Shown piece by piece: positions 42,280 through 51,656 of a stretch of 64,000 nt of DNA. The translations under genes were made by a program, and so were the position numbers. Within the stretch, counting starts at the first letter, position 1. The number at the start of each line of letters is the position of its first letter. A model generated the notes under the pieces. The model searched no databases and was not told the origin of the DNA. It saw only the letters and a program-made list of their open reading frames with translations. The DNA is from Methanofollis sp. (GTDB taxonomy: Archaea > Halobacteriota > Methanomicrobia > Methanomicrobiales > Methanofollaceae): the NCBI GenBank assembly GCA_030156225.1, contig JASGMW010000001.1, positions 3,364 through 67,363 on the forward strand, in the 5' to 3' direction.

Positions 42280-43673
42280 CGGATTGTACCGTCACGACAC
42301 GGGTCAGGCAGGTCAACGAGAACCAGTGCCATATGTGCATGCCGCTCGGCGGTGTCGTCGCACTGAGGGGCGTCGAACATTCCATCGCACTGGTGCATGG
42401 TTCTCAGGGCTGCAGCACGTACATGCGCCTTGCGAACGTCGAGCACTTCAACGAGCCGATAGACATCGCCTCCTCCTCCCTGAACGAGAAGCAGACGATC
42501 TTCGGCGGGGAGGCAAACCTGAGAAAGGCGCTGGACAACGTGATCAGGGTCTATCAGCCGAAGGTCATCGGTATTATGACGAGCTGCCTCGCCGAGACCA
42601 TGGGCGACGACATCGAGAGATTTATCGAGACCTACAAAAATGACCGGGAGATCAGGGAGATCGACATCATCCCGGTCTCCACGCCGAGTTACAACGGCAC
42701 GCACACCGAGGGGTTCTGGGCGACGACGAGGGCGGTCGTCGCCTATTATGCACGGCCGACCGAACGGCACCCGGGGATCAACGTCATCGTCCCCAATATC
42801 AGTCCGGCCGACATCAGGGAGATCAAACGCATCCTCGACCTGATGGGACTCGAGTACACGCTGCTGCCCGACTACTCCCTGACGCTGGACCGCCCCTTCG
42901 GGGGACGGTACCAGAAGATCGCACCCGGCGGCACCTCAACCGCCGGGATCGCCCGCATGGCGGGAGCACAGGCCACCATCCAGTTCGGTCTCACCTGTCC
43001 GGAACCGTTGTCCCCGGGACTCTTCCTGGAGCAGCAGTTCGGCGTTCCTCTGATCAACCTGCCGCTGCCCATCGGCCTCGACAGCATGGACCTCTTTGTC
43101 AGAACCCTGCACGATCTCAGCCGCCGGCCGGTGCCCGAGAGTCTCGTGCTGGAGCGGGGCTGGCTCTGCGACGGGATGGCGGACGCCCATAAGATCAACG
43201 CGGGGGCAAGACCGGCCATCTATGGCGAGCCCGAACTGATCTATGCGTTAGCGAAACTCTGTATGGAGAACGGGTCTATTCCTGCCGTCATTGCCAGCGG
43301 GACGCAGAACAGCGGCCTTGTCGGGTTGCTGCAACCCCTGTTGAAAGACGCGCTGGAAGAACCGGTCATCCTCGAAGAGGCGGACTTCGTGACGATCGAG
43401 GAGGCGGCGGTGCGGAAAGGGGCGAATCTTGCTATCGGCCACTCCGGCGGCAGGTATCTGACCGAACGGCAGGGGATCCCGGGGGTCAGGGTGGGGTACC
43501 CCATCCACGACCGGATCGGCGGACAGAGGATACTGTCGGTCGGTTACACGGGCACCCTTGCGTTCCTCGACCGCTTCACCAACACCCTGCTGGAAGCGAA
43601 GCACGGTTCCTATCGCAGACTACGGAAAGAAGAGATGCTCAACAAAAAAGGTGTATCCAATGCAAAAGCCTGA
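42276..43673 (+). CDS. nifN: FeMo-cofactor scaffold subunit NifN
   Basis: MCMPLGG, HGSQGCSTY, TSCLAET.GDD, GYPIHDR; TTG start overlapping the nifE stop. Confidence 0.92.
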   Translation: MTDCTVTTRVRQVNENQCHMCMPLGGVVALRGVEHSIALVHGSQGCSTYMRLANVEHFNEPIDIASSSLNEKQTIFGGEANLRKALDNVIRVYQPKVIGIMTSCLAETMGDDIERFIETYKNDREIREIDIIPVSTPSYNGTHTEGFWATTRAVVAYYARPTERHPGINVIVPNISPADIREIKRILDLMGLEYTLLPDYSLTLDRPFGGRYQKIAPGGTSTAGIARMAGAQATIQFGLTCPEPLSPGLFLEQQFGVPLINLPLPIGLDSMDLFVRTLHDLSRRPVPESLVLERGWLCDGMADAHKINAGARPAIYGEPELIYALAKLCMENGSIPAVIASGTQNSGLVGLLQPLLKDALEEPVILEEADFVTIEEAAVRKGANLAIGHSGGRYLTERQGIPGVRVGYPIHDRIGGQRILSVGYTGTLAFLDRFTNTLLEAKHGSYRRLRKEEMLNKKGVSNAKA

Positions 43674-43968
43674 ACGTCACATTTTCATCTGCACAAGCTC
43701 GCGTCCGAACGGTCAGCAGAAGGGGTTCTGCCACAACAAGGACGGCGTGGACGTCATGATGAAATTCATGGAAGAGATCGAAGAGCGCGAACTTGGAGGT
43801 GAGGTGTTCATCAACAATACCGGCTGCTTCGGGATATGTGAAAAAGGGCCGATTGTCGTCGTGTATCCCGACAATGTCTGGTACGGGTCGGTGACCCCCG
43901 ACGATGTGGACGAGATCCTCGACGAACATATCGAAGGCGGAAACGTCGTCGAGCGCCTGCTGATCTGA
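43660..43968 (+). CDS. Thioredoxin-like [2Fe-2S] ferredoxin (Clostridium pasteurianum/Shethna I type)
   Basis: 102 aa with Cys11, Cys24, Cys56 and Cys60; GPIVVVYPDNVWY. Confidence 0.93.
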   Translation: MQKPERHIFICTSSRPNGQQKGFCHNKDGVDVMMKFMEEIEERELGGEVFINNTGCFGICEKGPIVVVYPDNVWYGSVTPDDVDEILDEHIEGGNVVERLLI

Positions 43969-43993
43969 CGGATACCTGCGGGGGAGGGCAGAG

Positions 43994-44626
43994 ATGGTTG
44001 TGGAGATCGCAGCGATCGTCGACGAAAACGGATGCAGCGGCGTTCTGAACGAGCCCGGGCAGGTTGTCGTCTATCGTCATGTCCAGGGTGCCTGGGAGAT
44101 CGACCGTGCAATGGAGGTCTCCCTCGACCGGAGCAGGAACCTGCGTGAAATGCGTCTGAAAATGGGTGAAATTCTGCAGTTCATGAACGAATGCAGGATC
44201 TTCGTGGCCAGGGCGGCAGGAGGCGCCCTCTACTTCGAACTCGAAAAGGCCGGGTGCAGCATCTGGGAGATCGCCGGAAACCCCGTGGATGCGCTGGACA
44301 TCGTGCTGGAAGACGAGGAGAAGGAGAGGGTGGAGAGGGTCGCGGCACAATCGCAGGGAACGACTGGCATACCCACCCCCTGCGAACAGGCGCCGGGCGT
44401 GTTCTTCATCTCGATCAGGGAGGCCCAGGGGAAAGCACCTGAGATCAGCAGCAAACAGATCCTTCAGCGGTTTGTCGCCGAAGGAAATTTCAGCGTGCTC
44501 GAAATCCTGTGCGATCACGTGCCCCCCTGGATCGAGATGGAGGCCCGGAAGAGGAATTACGCCATGATGACTGAAAAAACAGGACAGAACGAGGTGATGG
44601 TCAGGCTCACGAAAAAGACGGCCTGA
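43994..44626 (+). CDS. AnfO-family nitrogenase accessory protein
   Basis: G.VVVY, CRIFVA...G..Y..LE..G..IWE.., SSKQIL..F and LEILCDHVPPW motifs. Confidence 0.8.
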   Translation: MVVEIAAIVDENGCSGVLNEPGQVVVYRHVQGAWEIDRAMEVSLDRSRNLREMRLKMGEILQFMNECRIFVARAAGGALYFELEKAGCSIWEIAGNPVDALDIVLEDEEKERVERVAAQSQGTTGIPTPCEQAPGVFFISIREAQGKAPEISSKQILQRFVAEGNFSVLEILCDHVPPWIEMEARKRNYAMMTEKTGQNEVMVRLTKKTA

Positions 44627-44682
44627 AGAAAGAGACATCCCGGGAAATGTCAGGCAGTGAACTATGGGAGAGAGGAGAAGCG

Positions 44683-44705
44683 TTTTCAGGATCACACCCT
44701 GAAAA
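44683..44705. terminator. Inverted repeat downstream of the nif operon (possible terminator/stability hairpin)
   Basis: TTTTCAGG-N7-CCTGAAAA, followed by pyrimidine/T-rich tracts. Confidence 0.4.
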
Positions 44706-44983
44706 AAATCTGATCCTTACCCTTCTCTTCCCCCTCGTTTTCTATCTCTCTTTCAGCAACTGCCCGCTTTCTGGCTTTTTTTGAAGACGATATCGGGCAC
44801 CCTCTTCATGGCCGTCTTCATCGCCAGACCGATCCGGGCGCGTGCCTCCCATCAGGACGACACAAACAAGAAAAAACCAAAATAATTGCTGATATGGACT
44901 GATTGAGCAATAATAACTGCGAATTATTTTGAAGTCAAGATAAGATATTTCTGTAGTGTGCGCAGAATACTCAAACGATAACC

Positions 44984-45718
44984 ATGAGAAACCGAACACG
45001 TATCCTCTGCGCCGCCCTGATGGTGTTGCTGGCCGCAGGCGTCTGGAGCGCCAGCGCCGCCACGGACACCACCGACGAGCGGTCGATCCACGTATCAGGG
45101 ACCGGGGAGATCACCACCACCCCTGATCGCGCCGTAATTTCCTTCGCCGTCGAGACCGAGGACACCGATCCGAAGGCCGCCCAGGCGGCAAACGCACAGA
45201 TCATGGACACCCTGAACACGGCCCTCAAAACAGCAGGCATCGCTGCCGAAGACATGAAGACCACCGGATACAACATCTGGACCGAGACGCCTGACGACGA
45301 CAAACCCTTCAGCAGCCAGAAAGAGATCTACCATGTCACCAATACCCTGCAGGTGACCCTCACCGACGTCACGAAGACCGGTGAAATGATCGATGTCGCC
45401 GTCGCAAACGGAGCGAACCGGGTAAGCAGTCTCTATTTCACGCTCAGTCCCGAAAAAACGCAGCAGTTCAGGGGTGAAGCCCTCACCCGGGCTGTCGGAC
45501 AGGCGCGGACCGACGCCGAGACCGTTGCCGCGGCGGCCGGCGTGACCATCACGGGCGTACAGGACATCTCGATCGGGAGCACCTATGTCCCGGTGTACGA
45601 CAGTTATCTCAAGTCCGAGAGCGCCAGGGCAATGGGCGGCGGAGGGGCACCGACGCCTATCGAGTCCGGCGAGGTGAAAGTCACGGCATCGGTGAGCGTC
45701 ACCTACCTCTGCCGCTAA
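44984..45718 (+). CDS. SIMPL/DUF541 (BP26/YggE-like) secreted protein
   Basis: Signal peptide, I.VSGTGE...PD.A, GANRV...F, IESGE..VTASV. Confidence 0.9.
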   Translation: MRNRTRILCAALMVLLAAGVWSASAATDTTDERSIHVSGTGEITTTPDRAVISFAVETEDTDPKAAQAANAQIMDTLNTALKTAGIAAEDMKTTGYNIWTETPDDDKPFSSQKEIYHVTNTLQVTLTDVTKTGEMIDVAVANGANRVSSLYFTLSPEKTQQFRGEALTRAVGQARTDAETVAAAAGVTITGVQDISIGSTYVPVYDSYLKSESARAMGGGGAPTPIESGEVKVTASVSVTYLCR

Positions 45719-45775
45719 CCTCCTTTTTTCCTCGAACAATAGCATTATCATAACAGAAGAGTCTCTCTCTCTCAG

Positions 45776-46441
45776 ATGCACACGATTGTCGAGACCTACA
45801 ACAACATCCCCTTCGATCCGGCCCTCACTCCTGCAAAAGGGTTTTCCTGCTTTATCGAGGAAGCTGCCCTTCTCTTCGATACCGGCGGGGACGCCGCAGT
45901 GCTCGCCGGAAACCTCAGGGCGCTCGGCATCGATCCGGCAGAGATCAGGACACTGGTTCTCTCCCACGACCACTGGGACCATGTCGGCGGCCTCGCTGCC
46001 GTCCTCGGGAAAAACCCGGATCTTGAGGTCTTGATCCCGGCAGGGTTTTCAGAGAAACTATTGGCCGCCATAGAGGAGCAGGCAGAAACAACGGCCATCG
46101 GAGAGTGGCAGGAGATTGAAAACGGCATCGCCTCAACAGGTCCATGCGGCGGTTCTGTGCCAGAACAGTCCCTCGTCCTCAGCACTTCCGGAGGATCCCT
46201 GATCGTCGCCGGCTGCGCACACCCCCACATCAGCAGGATCATCGAGACCGTCAAAAAGCACGGACCGGTCTTCGGGGCGATAGGGGGATTTCACACCATA
46301 TCGGAGGCAGACCGCGCGGCACTGAAAGACCTCGCCTATCTTGCCCCCTCCCACTGTACCGAAAAACTGGAGGTCATCGTTGAAGAAAACACCGGGAGCA
46401 TCCACGTGGGGGGCACGGGCACGCGGCATATTCTGCCCTGA
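45776..46441 (+). CDS. MBL-fold hydrolase (MJ0301-like family)
   Basis: LFDTG, SHDHWDHVGG, EQSL, GCAHP, GGFH, PSHCT. Confidence 0.85.
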   Translation: MHTIVETYNNIPFDPALTPAKGFSCFIEEAALLFDTGGDAAVLAGNLRALGIDPAEIRTLVLSHDHWDHVGGLAAVLGKNPDLEVLIPAGFSEKLLAAIEEQAETTAIGEWQEIENGIASTGPCGGSVPEQSLVLSTSGGSLIVAGCAHPHISRIIETVKKHGPVFGAIGGFHTISEADRAALKDLAYLAPSHCTEKLEVIVEENTGSIHVGGTGTRHILP

Positions 46442-46750
46442 GCCATATCAGAATGATATATCACATCACAAGATACGTCGGAGCGGTGGTATCAGGCAAA
46501 TGGCCGAACCCTGTCACTCATCAGGACATCACAGATTTCATGCCATTTCTCCTCCATTCAATACGGCAGGGAGATCCCTGCCAACCTTTTTTCCGGCCCT
46601 GCGCATATTATATATGAACACCTGACAGAATCTTCAGAGATGAACGCACAGATGCCGGATCGTATTCACTTTGCTCATGAAACCACGACCCGGGCGCATA
46701 CATAAAACATGCCGAAAGGCATTTTCAGCGTAATAAAAGGGATATTGAAA

Positions 46751-47203
46751 ATGTACAGAAATATCGGCTTTAAAGAGAGAAGATACATTGAGGAGTTGCG
46801 GATCCTCACCAAATCGGTAGCCGTGGACTGCCTCATCGACGAGCGGTTCGACCGCGTGATCTATGTCATTAAACCCGGCGACATGGGTCTCGCCATCGGT
46901 AAAAAGGGAGAAAACATCAGAAAAATGCAAAAAGTTCTGGGGAGAAGGATAGAGATGGTCGAGTACGCCGAGGATGAAAAAACATTCATTGCAAATATCT
47001 TCAAACCCGCCGAGGTGCTGACCTCATCCGAGGACGCAGCCAGCGGGAAGATAAATGTCGTCGTCGGAAAAAGGAGCGACCTCGGGATCGCGATCGGCAA
47101 AGGAGGGAGCACCATCGAAAAAGCCAGACTGCTTGTAAAACATTTTTTCGGTCATGAGATCGGCGACGTCTTGCTTGCGCACGGAGAGGCGGGGGAAGAA
47201 TGA
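46751..47203 (+). CDS. nusA: Archaeal NusA-like KH-domain factor
   Basis: Two KH motifs, GLAIGKKGENI and GIAIGKGGSTI; DCLID. Confidence 0.88.
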   Translation: MYRNIGFKERRYIEELRILTKSVAVDCLIDERFDRVIYVIKPGDMGLAIGKKGENIRKMQKVLGRRIEMVEYAEDEKTFIANIFKPAEVLTSSEDAASGKINVVVGKRSDLGIAIGKGGSTIEKARLLVKHFFGHEIGDVLLAHGEAGEE

Positions 47204-47493
47204 AAGACATAGAAATGATCGAAGAACTCTGGGCGACCATCAACGAACGGGCCGACCACCCCTCTCCCGACTCCTACGTGAGTTCGATCCTCACCAACCG
47301 GAAAGGGATCGACAAATCCCTCGAAAAATTCGGAGAAGAAGCAACCGAATTTATTCTTGCCGTCAAGAACGGCGTGGACCGACGGACTGTCGAAGAGGGC
47401 GCGGACGTCCTCTTTCACTTCATGATCGCCCTCCGGGCGGCCGGCGTCGGGTTCGAGGAGATCCTCACCGAACTGGCGGCACGGCGGAAATAA
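47200..47493 (+). CDS. hisE: Phosphoribosyl-ATP diphosphatase
   Basis: SYVS, EKFGEEATE, EGADVLFH, ELAARR. Confidence 0.93.
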   Translation: MKDIEMIEELWATINERADHPSPDSYVSSILTNRKGIDKSLEKFGEEATEFILAVKNGVDRRTVEEGADVLFHFMIALRAAGVGFEEILTELAARRK

Positions 47494-47528
47494 CGGCCAG
47501 AGGACACCTGAAGACAGCTCTCCCCGCC

Positions 47529-47978
47529 TCAGGAGAGATAGGCGGCGAGATCGATGCAGTCAGGGAGAGACCCCTCATCCACTCCTGCCTGTTCAGCCAC
47601 CTCAAGGTCAACGCTGATCGGGGCACCGGCGCGAAGCGCGATGGCAATCCCGTCGCTCGGTCGGCAGTCCAGACTCTCTTCGGTACCGCCCTTGGTGGAG
47701 ATGAGCCGCCCATAAAAGACGCCATCTTTCAGTTCGTCAATCTGAAGCCCGGTCACCCTGATCCCGTAAGATTCGAGCATGGCCATGAACAGATCATGCG
47801 TACCTGGTCTGGGGAGAAGTTCATGATTCAACGCGTTGTTTATGGAAATCGCTTCCCATAGGCCGATATAAATCGGAAGCGACCTGCCGTCTGAAAGATC
47901 GAGCAGGACGGCCGGGACGGCTCCACCCGGCATGGCGGTGAAAAAAACTCCCCGTACAATCACATCCACGGCAGCCAT
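47529..47978 (-). CDS. Bifunctional nuclease family protein (DUF151)
   Basis: LPIYIGLWEA, RPGTHDL, DCRPSDGIAIALR. Confidence 0.9.
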   Translation of the reverse strand: MAAVDVIVRGVFFTAMPGGAVPAVLLDLSDGRSLPIYIGLWEAISINNALNHELLPRPGTHDLFMAMLESYGIRVTGLQIDELKDGVFYGRLISTKGGTEESLDCRPSDGIAIALRAGAPISVDLEVAEQAGVDEGSLPDCIDLAAYLS

Positions 47979-48002
47979 AGGTAGGAGACATCTTCATGGG
48001 AG

Positions 48003-49052
48003 TTAAGGGTTGCGGCGGCGGTCCGTCCCTGTCCTCACCACCTCGCGCCTCAGGATACCGACACTCGCCGCAAGCCCGAGAATGATATTGAAATAATAGA
48101 AGATCATCCGCCACAGCAGCACAAATACGCCGAGAACCGCGGAGTTCACAAAAATGCCGTACAGGGAGGTGGCCACGACCTCGGCCACCCCGGAACCTCC
48201 CGGCGTCAGGGGGACCATCATCACAAGGGTAATGATGATCTGAGCAATGAACGACTCGATAAAGAACGGCTGCGAGCCCAGGCCCACCAGGATCACCGAG
48301 GCGATCGCAAACTCGATGCACCAGAACATCACGGTGCAGAACGTCCCCCAGATCAGCCCGCTAATGCCCCGGCTCACGAAACGGCTCAGGCTCCCGTGAA
48401 AATTGTCCACCTCAGTGTCGATGCGATCGAGAAGGGCGTTCAGTTTCTCGACGTTGCGGCGTTGTTTCCTGCGGTCGAGCCAGAGCGAGAACCGGTGGAG
48501 AAGACCCTTGAGCACCCCGGGTTTCCTCACCGAGTACATAAAAAAAAAGACCAGGCCGGCGATCAGGATCCAGGAAATATAGATGAACACCGTCATACCG
48601 GGGGCGATGCTCTGCCACTGCTGGCCGAGGAAGAGCATGGTGACCATGCTGATCACAACGAGCACGGCGCCGTCCAGGATCCGCTCCATGATCACCACGC
48701 CCGTGGCGTCGCCGAGCCTGACGCCGACACGATAGAGTTCATGGACCCTGACCGGTTCTCCCCCGGCCTGCGAAGGGGTGATGGCGGCGATGAGCAGGTT
48801 TGCAAAGACGGCGTTGAGGCAATGAAAGAAGCCGACCTTATACCCCAGGGACCTGGACATCGTCTTCAGGCGCAGCGCCCAGAAGCCGAGAGCGACAACA
48901 TGGGCGGCAAGGGCAAGGGCGAGGTACCAGGGATTGAGTCTCTGGATGTACTCAATGGTCGTCTCGTCAACGGTGAAGTACAGGACGAGTACGAGCACAA
49001 GACTGCTGAATCCGAGGGAGACCCCGAGCCATTTCCATTGAGACCTCTTCAT
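48003..49052 (-). CDS. UPF0104 flippase-like / lysylphosphatidylglycerol-synthase TM protein
   Basis: TPSQAGGEP, ERILD, PLTPGGSGVAE, LLWR. Confidence 0.87.
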   Translation of the reverse strand: MKRSQWKWLGVSLGFSSLVLVLVLYFTVDETTIEYIQRLNPWYLALALAAHVVALGFWALRLKTMSRSLGYKVGFFHCLNAVFANLLIAAITPSQAGGEPVRVHELYRVGVRLGDATGVVIMERILDGAVLVVISMVTMLFLGQQWQSIAPGMTVFIYISWILIAGLVFFFMYSVRKPGVLKGLLHRFSLWLDRRKQRRNVEKLNALLDRIDTEVDNFHGSLSRFVSRGISGLIWGTFCTVMFWCIEFAIASVILVGLGSQPFFIESFIAQIIITLVMMVPLTPGGSGVAEVVATSLYGIFVNSAVLGVFVLLWRMIFYYFNIILGLAASVGILRREVVRTGTDRRRNP

Positions 49053-49167
49053 GCACCCCTCACGCATGACCGACACGAACGGCCTGCCATCTGTTCCATA
49101 AGATTATGGAGCATACTATAAACCCTTTGAGGATTGAGAGCGGGAAATCAGCGGCATTGCAGGGCGA

Positions 49168-49731
49168 TCAGACCGTAAAGATCTCCCGCGATCCGACAAC
49201 CGAGAAAATGCCGGCCTGTACGCCTGCATCGAGCCAGCCGAAACCACAGGAAAACCATCCCAGGGCACAGGCGGTCCTGCCTTCATCCCGGAGCCTTTTC
49301 CCCTGCTCAAGGGCGTCCTGTGCCCGGGAAAGGATACGCACGGCCGCCGAGTACATCGGGGTTTCCGGATCGGGAGCAGGAGAAAGGGAGCGCAACGCTT
49401 CGCAGAGCAGGCGTTCATAACGTTCGGTCTTCTCCTGAAGTTGCTGTTGCTGCCCTTCAGGGACCATGCCGTCAAACGAGCGGTCCTCCCCGGGGTTCCG
49501 GACCTGATAAAAGCCGATATATGCCCCGGCATCAAGCCAGCCGAAGGCGTAGGCGGCGCTCGCATGGGCATTGACATCGTCGCCCCGCGCAAAAAAAACC
49601 TCTCCGTCCGAGAGATAGGAGCGGGCCATCCGCACAATGACGGCCGAGACCGCGCCAAGGGGCGTCTCCTCAGGGGAGAGTGGTGCGACCGTCCTGAGGG
49701 CCGCGGCAAGGGCGGAGAGGAGCGGCGTCAT
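49168..49731 (-). CDS. Tandem DUF357 protein
   Basis: Repeated unit SY..DG..F...GD..NA...YA.GWLDAG / [10 protein letters not shown]. Confidence 0.85.
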   Translation of the reverse strand: MTPLLSALAAALRTVAPLSPEETPLGAVSAVIVRMARSYLSDGEVFFARGDDVNAHASAAYAFGWLDAGAYIGFYQVRNPGEDRSFDGMVPEGQQQQLQEKTERYERLLCEALRSLSPAPDPETPMYSAAVRILSRAQDALEQGKRLRDEGRTACALGWFSCGFGWLDAGVQAGIFSVVGSREIFTV

Positions 49732-50477
49732 AATCCGGCGAAGGTTTCGAGGTATTCACGCTCCATCAGATGGAGATCGCCGGGCACGACGATGATGTGC
49801 AGTGGGCCGCCGAAGTCCACGCCGGCAAGGGCGGCGGCGTTCCCGGCCGCCACCACCGGGGACGGGGATCCGGCCCTGGCCACACCGATATAGATCGGGA
49901 TAGAGATGCCCCTCTCCGCGGCCATCTGTTCGAGCATCCCGACCGCTTCATGAATGCGCATATAGCGGTCCGGCTGGATGTCGAGATAGACAAGGGTGTG
50001 GAGTTTGTCGGCGATATTCTGTTCGATCACCTCAATCGGGGTCGTCGGGGCCCACCTGCCATAAGGAAACGGAAGGGAGCAGGACTTTCCGAACCGATAG
50101 TTCTGCAGCCCGGTCAGCCCGCAGACCGCACTCACGATCGAGGCACCGTGGATGATCTCCGTCCTGATCCCCATCGCAGCGGCGCGGATACGCAGGTCGA
50201 TATGCGTGGTCGAGACCATCGGGTCGCCTGCCGTGAGAAACGCCACATCCGCCTTCTCTGCCAGTCCAAGAAAGGTCTCAGGATGCCCTTCGACGTCTTC
50301 ACGGTATAGCTTCCCGACCTCCTTCCCGAAGAGCGCCGCCATCCGTTCAGGTGTCGTCCCGGTCAGCACCGAGGTGTAGCACTCGATAAACACATAATCA
50401 GACCGTCTGATCCGGTCAAGCCCCCTGACCGAAAGATCGGTCTCGTCATAGAGGCCGAGGCCGATAAATGTCAGCAT
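49728..50477 (-). CDS. dph5: Diphthine synthase
   Basis: [45 protein letters not shown]. Confidence 0.96.
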   Translation of the reverse strand: MLTFIGLGLYDETDLSVRGLDRIRRSDYVFIECYTSVLTGTTPERMAALFGKEVGKLYREDVEGHPETFLGLAEKADVAFLTAGDPMVSTTHIDLRIRAAAMGIRTEIIHGASIVSAVCGLTGLQNYRFGKSCSLPFPYGRWAPTTPIEVIEQNIADKLHTLVYLDIQPDRYMRIHEAVGMLEQMAAERGISIPIYIGVARAGSPSPVVAAGNAAALAGVDFGGPLHIIVVPGDLHLMEREYLETFAGL

Positions 50478-50483
50478 TGCATC

Positions 50484-51656
50484 TCACTCCATAAAGGTTT
50501 CACGCGTAATCAGGACAATGAGCGCATCGATAACACCCATCGCCTCCTCCCTGTTGAGCGCGGAGATGTGAGAGAGGGGGGTACGTTCGGATAGGCGCAT
50601 AATGGTGCGCAACGTCGCATCAGAAAGTTGACCGGGCATCTCTCGCTTGTTCACTGCAATGACGAAGGGTACCCCCATCTGCCTGACGGTCTCCAGAATC
50701 TCCATTCCTCTACACAATGATTCCACACTTGTTCCGTCGACGATGAATATCACACCGGTTGCATTGGTGAGCAGATGGTTGATGATCGGACCGAAATGCT
50801 CCTGCCCGGGTGTTCCGACGAGCGTAATCTCAAAACCCCGGCAGGAAACGAGGGGGTGACCGAAATCCATCGCCACCGTTGTCGGAGATCCGGATATTCC
50901 TATCCTGTCCGAAGAGACCCAGTTTTCCGACACCGTCTGGATAAAAGTGGTCTTCCCGGCGTCGACCGGACCGGTGACGACGATCTTGGGGATCTGCGGT
51001 GAGACTGAACCGTCTTCTCTGATCACATAGGGGATCTCGCGGACCGGGAGGGACGTCCATGTGACATGCCTGACCTTAAAGTGATTGACAAAGAGGAGGT
51101 TGCCGTATCCTTCGCCGATGGAGATCACGAGATCGAACGGGTTGGACGCCGTCAGGGCGTCCAGATGCTTCTCGTCGTAGAGATTGAGGTACTCCACAAA
51201 GAGCGTGGCCCCCCGCCTCATGCACCACTCTGTAAAGAGGCTGAGAGCTTTCTCTGTCCCGATGTCATCGCAGAGACGGTTGCAGTAGAGGAAAACCGCA
51301 TCCAGAGAGGTCCTCTCGTAAACAGCGTCGATCCGTGTTTCCCAGGCTGCGAACTTCTCTTCAGGCGTCCTGGACCTGGCTTCGATCTCCTCAAAGGTGT
51401 TTGTGTCCAGGATGATCATCCGGTTGTCATGCTCCACGCCGTAGGGTGTTGTCGAGAGATCAGAGAGAAAGGCTTCGGCTGAGGTGTACGGGACAATCAC
51501 AAGGCAGCGTTTCCCCATCCTGTGCGCGCAGTTCAGGGTGCTGAACATGAACTGCTGTCCGTCGACGCCCGGGGCGAGAGAGAAGAGCACCCGTTTTCCC
51601 GCCGGGACGCCGCCCCCGATCATCTCGTCCAGAGCGGTGATGCCGGTATAGATCAT
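50484..51656 (-). CDS. Fusion of degenerate KaiC/RAD55-like domain and MglA/CvnD-like small GTPase
   Basis: N-term TGITALDEMIGGG.P with broken P-loop (APGVDGQ). C-term G1 GPVDAGKTT, TTVAMDFG, G3 GTPGQ, G4 NKRE, G5 SA. Confidence 0.8.
   Translation of the reverse strand: MIYTGITALDEMIGGGVPAGKRVLFSLAPGVDGQQFMFSTLNCAHRMGKRCLVIVPYTSAEAFLSDLSTTPYGVEHDNRMIILDTNTFEEIEARSRTPEEKFAAWETRIDAVYERTSLDAVFLYCNRLCDDIGTEKALSLFTEWCMRRGATLFVEYLNLYDEKHLDALTASNPFDLVISIGEGYGNLLFVNHFKVRHVTWTSLPVREIPYVIREDGSVSPQIPKIVVTGPVDAGKTTFIQTVSENWVSSDRIGISGSPTTVAMDFGHPLVSCRGFEITLVGTPGQEHFGPIINHLLTNATGVIFIVDGTSVESLCRGMEILETVRQMGVPFVIAVNKREMPGQLSDATLRTIMRLSERTPLSHISALNREEAMGVIDALIVLITRETFME

Noticed and set aside
46560-46725. 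Short hairpins upstream of nusA (GGCAGGGAGATCCCTGCC; ATGCCGAAAGGCAT) as an ncRNA
   Set aside because: Isolated 5-7-bp stems with no C/D or H/ACA boxes; insufficient support.
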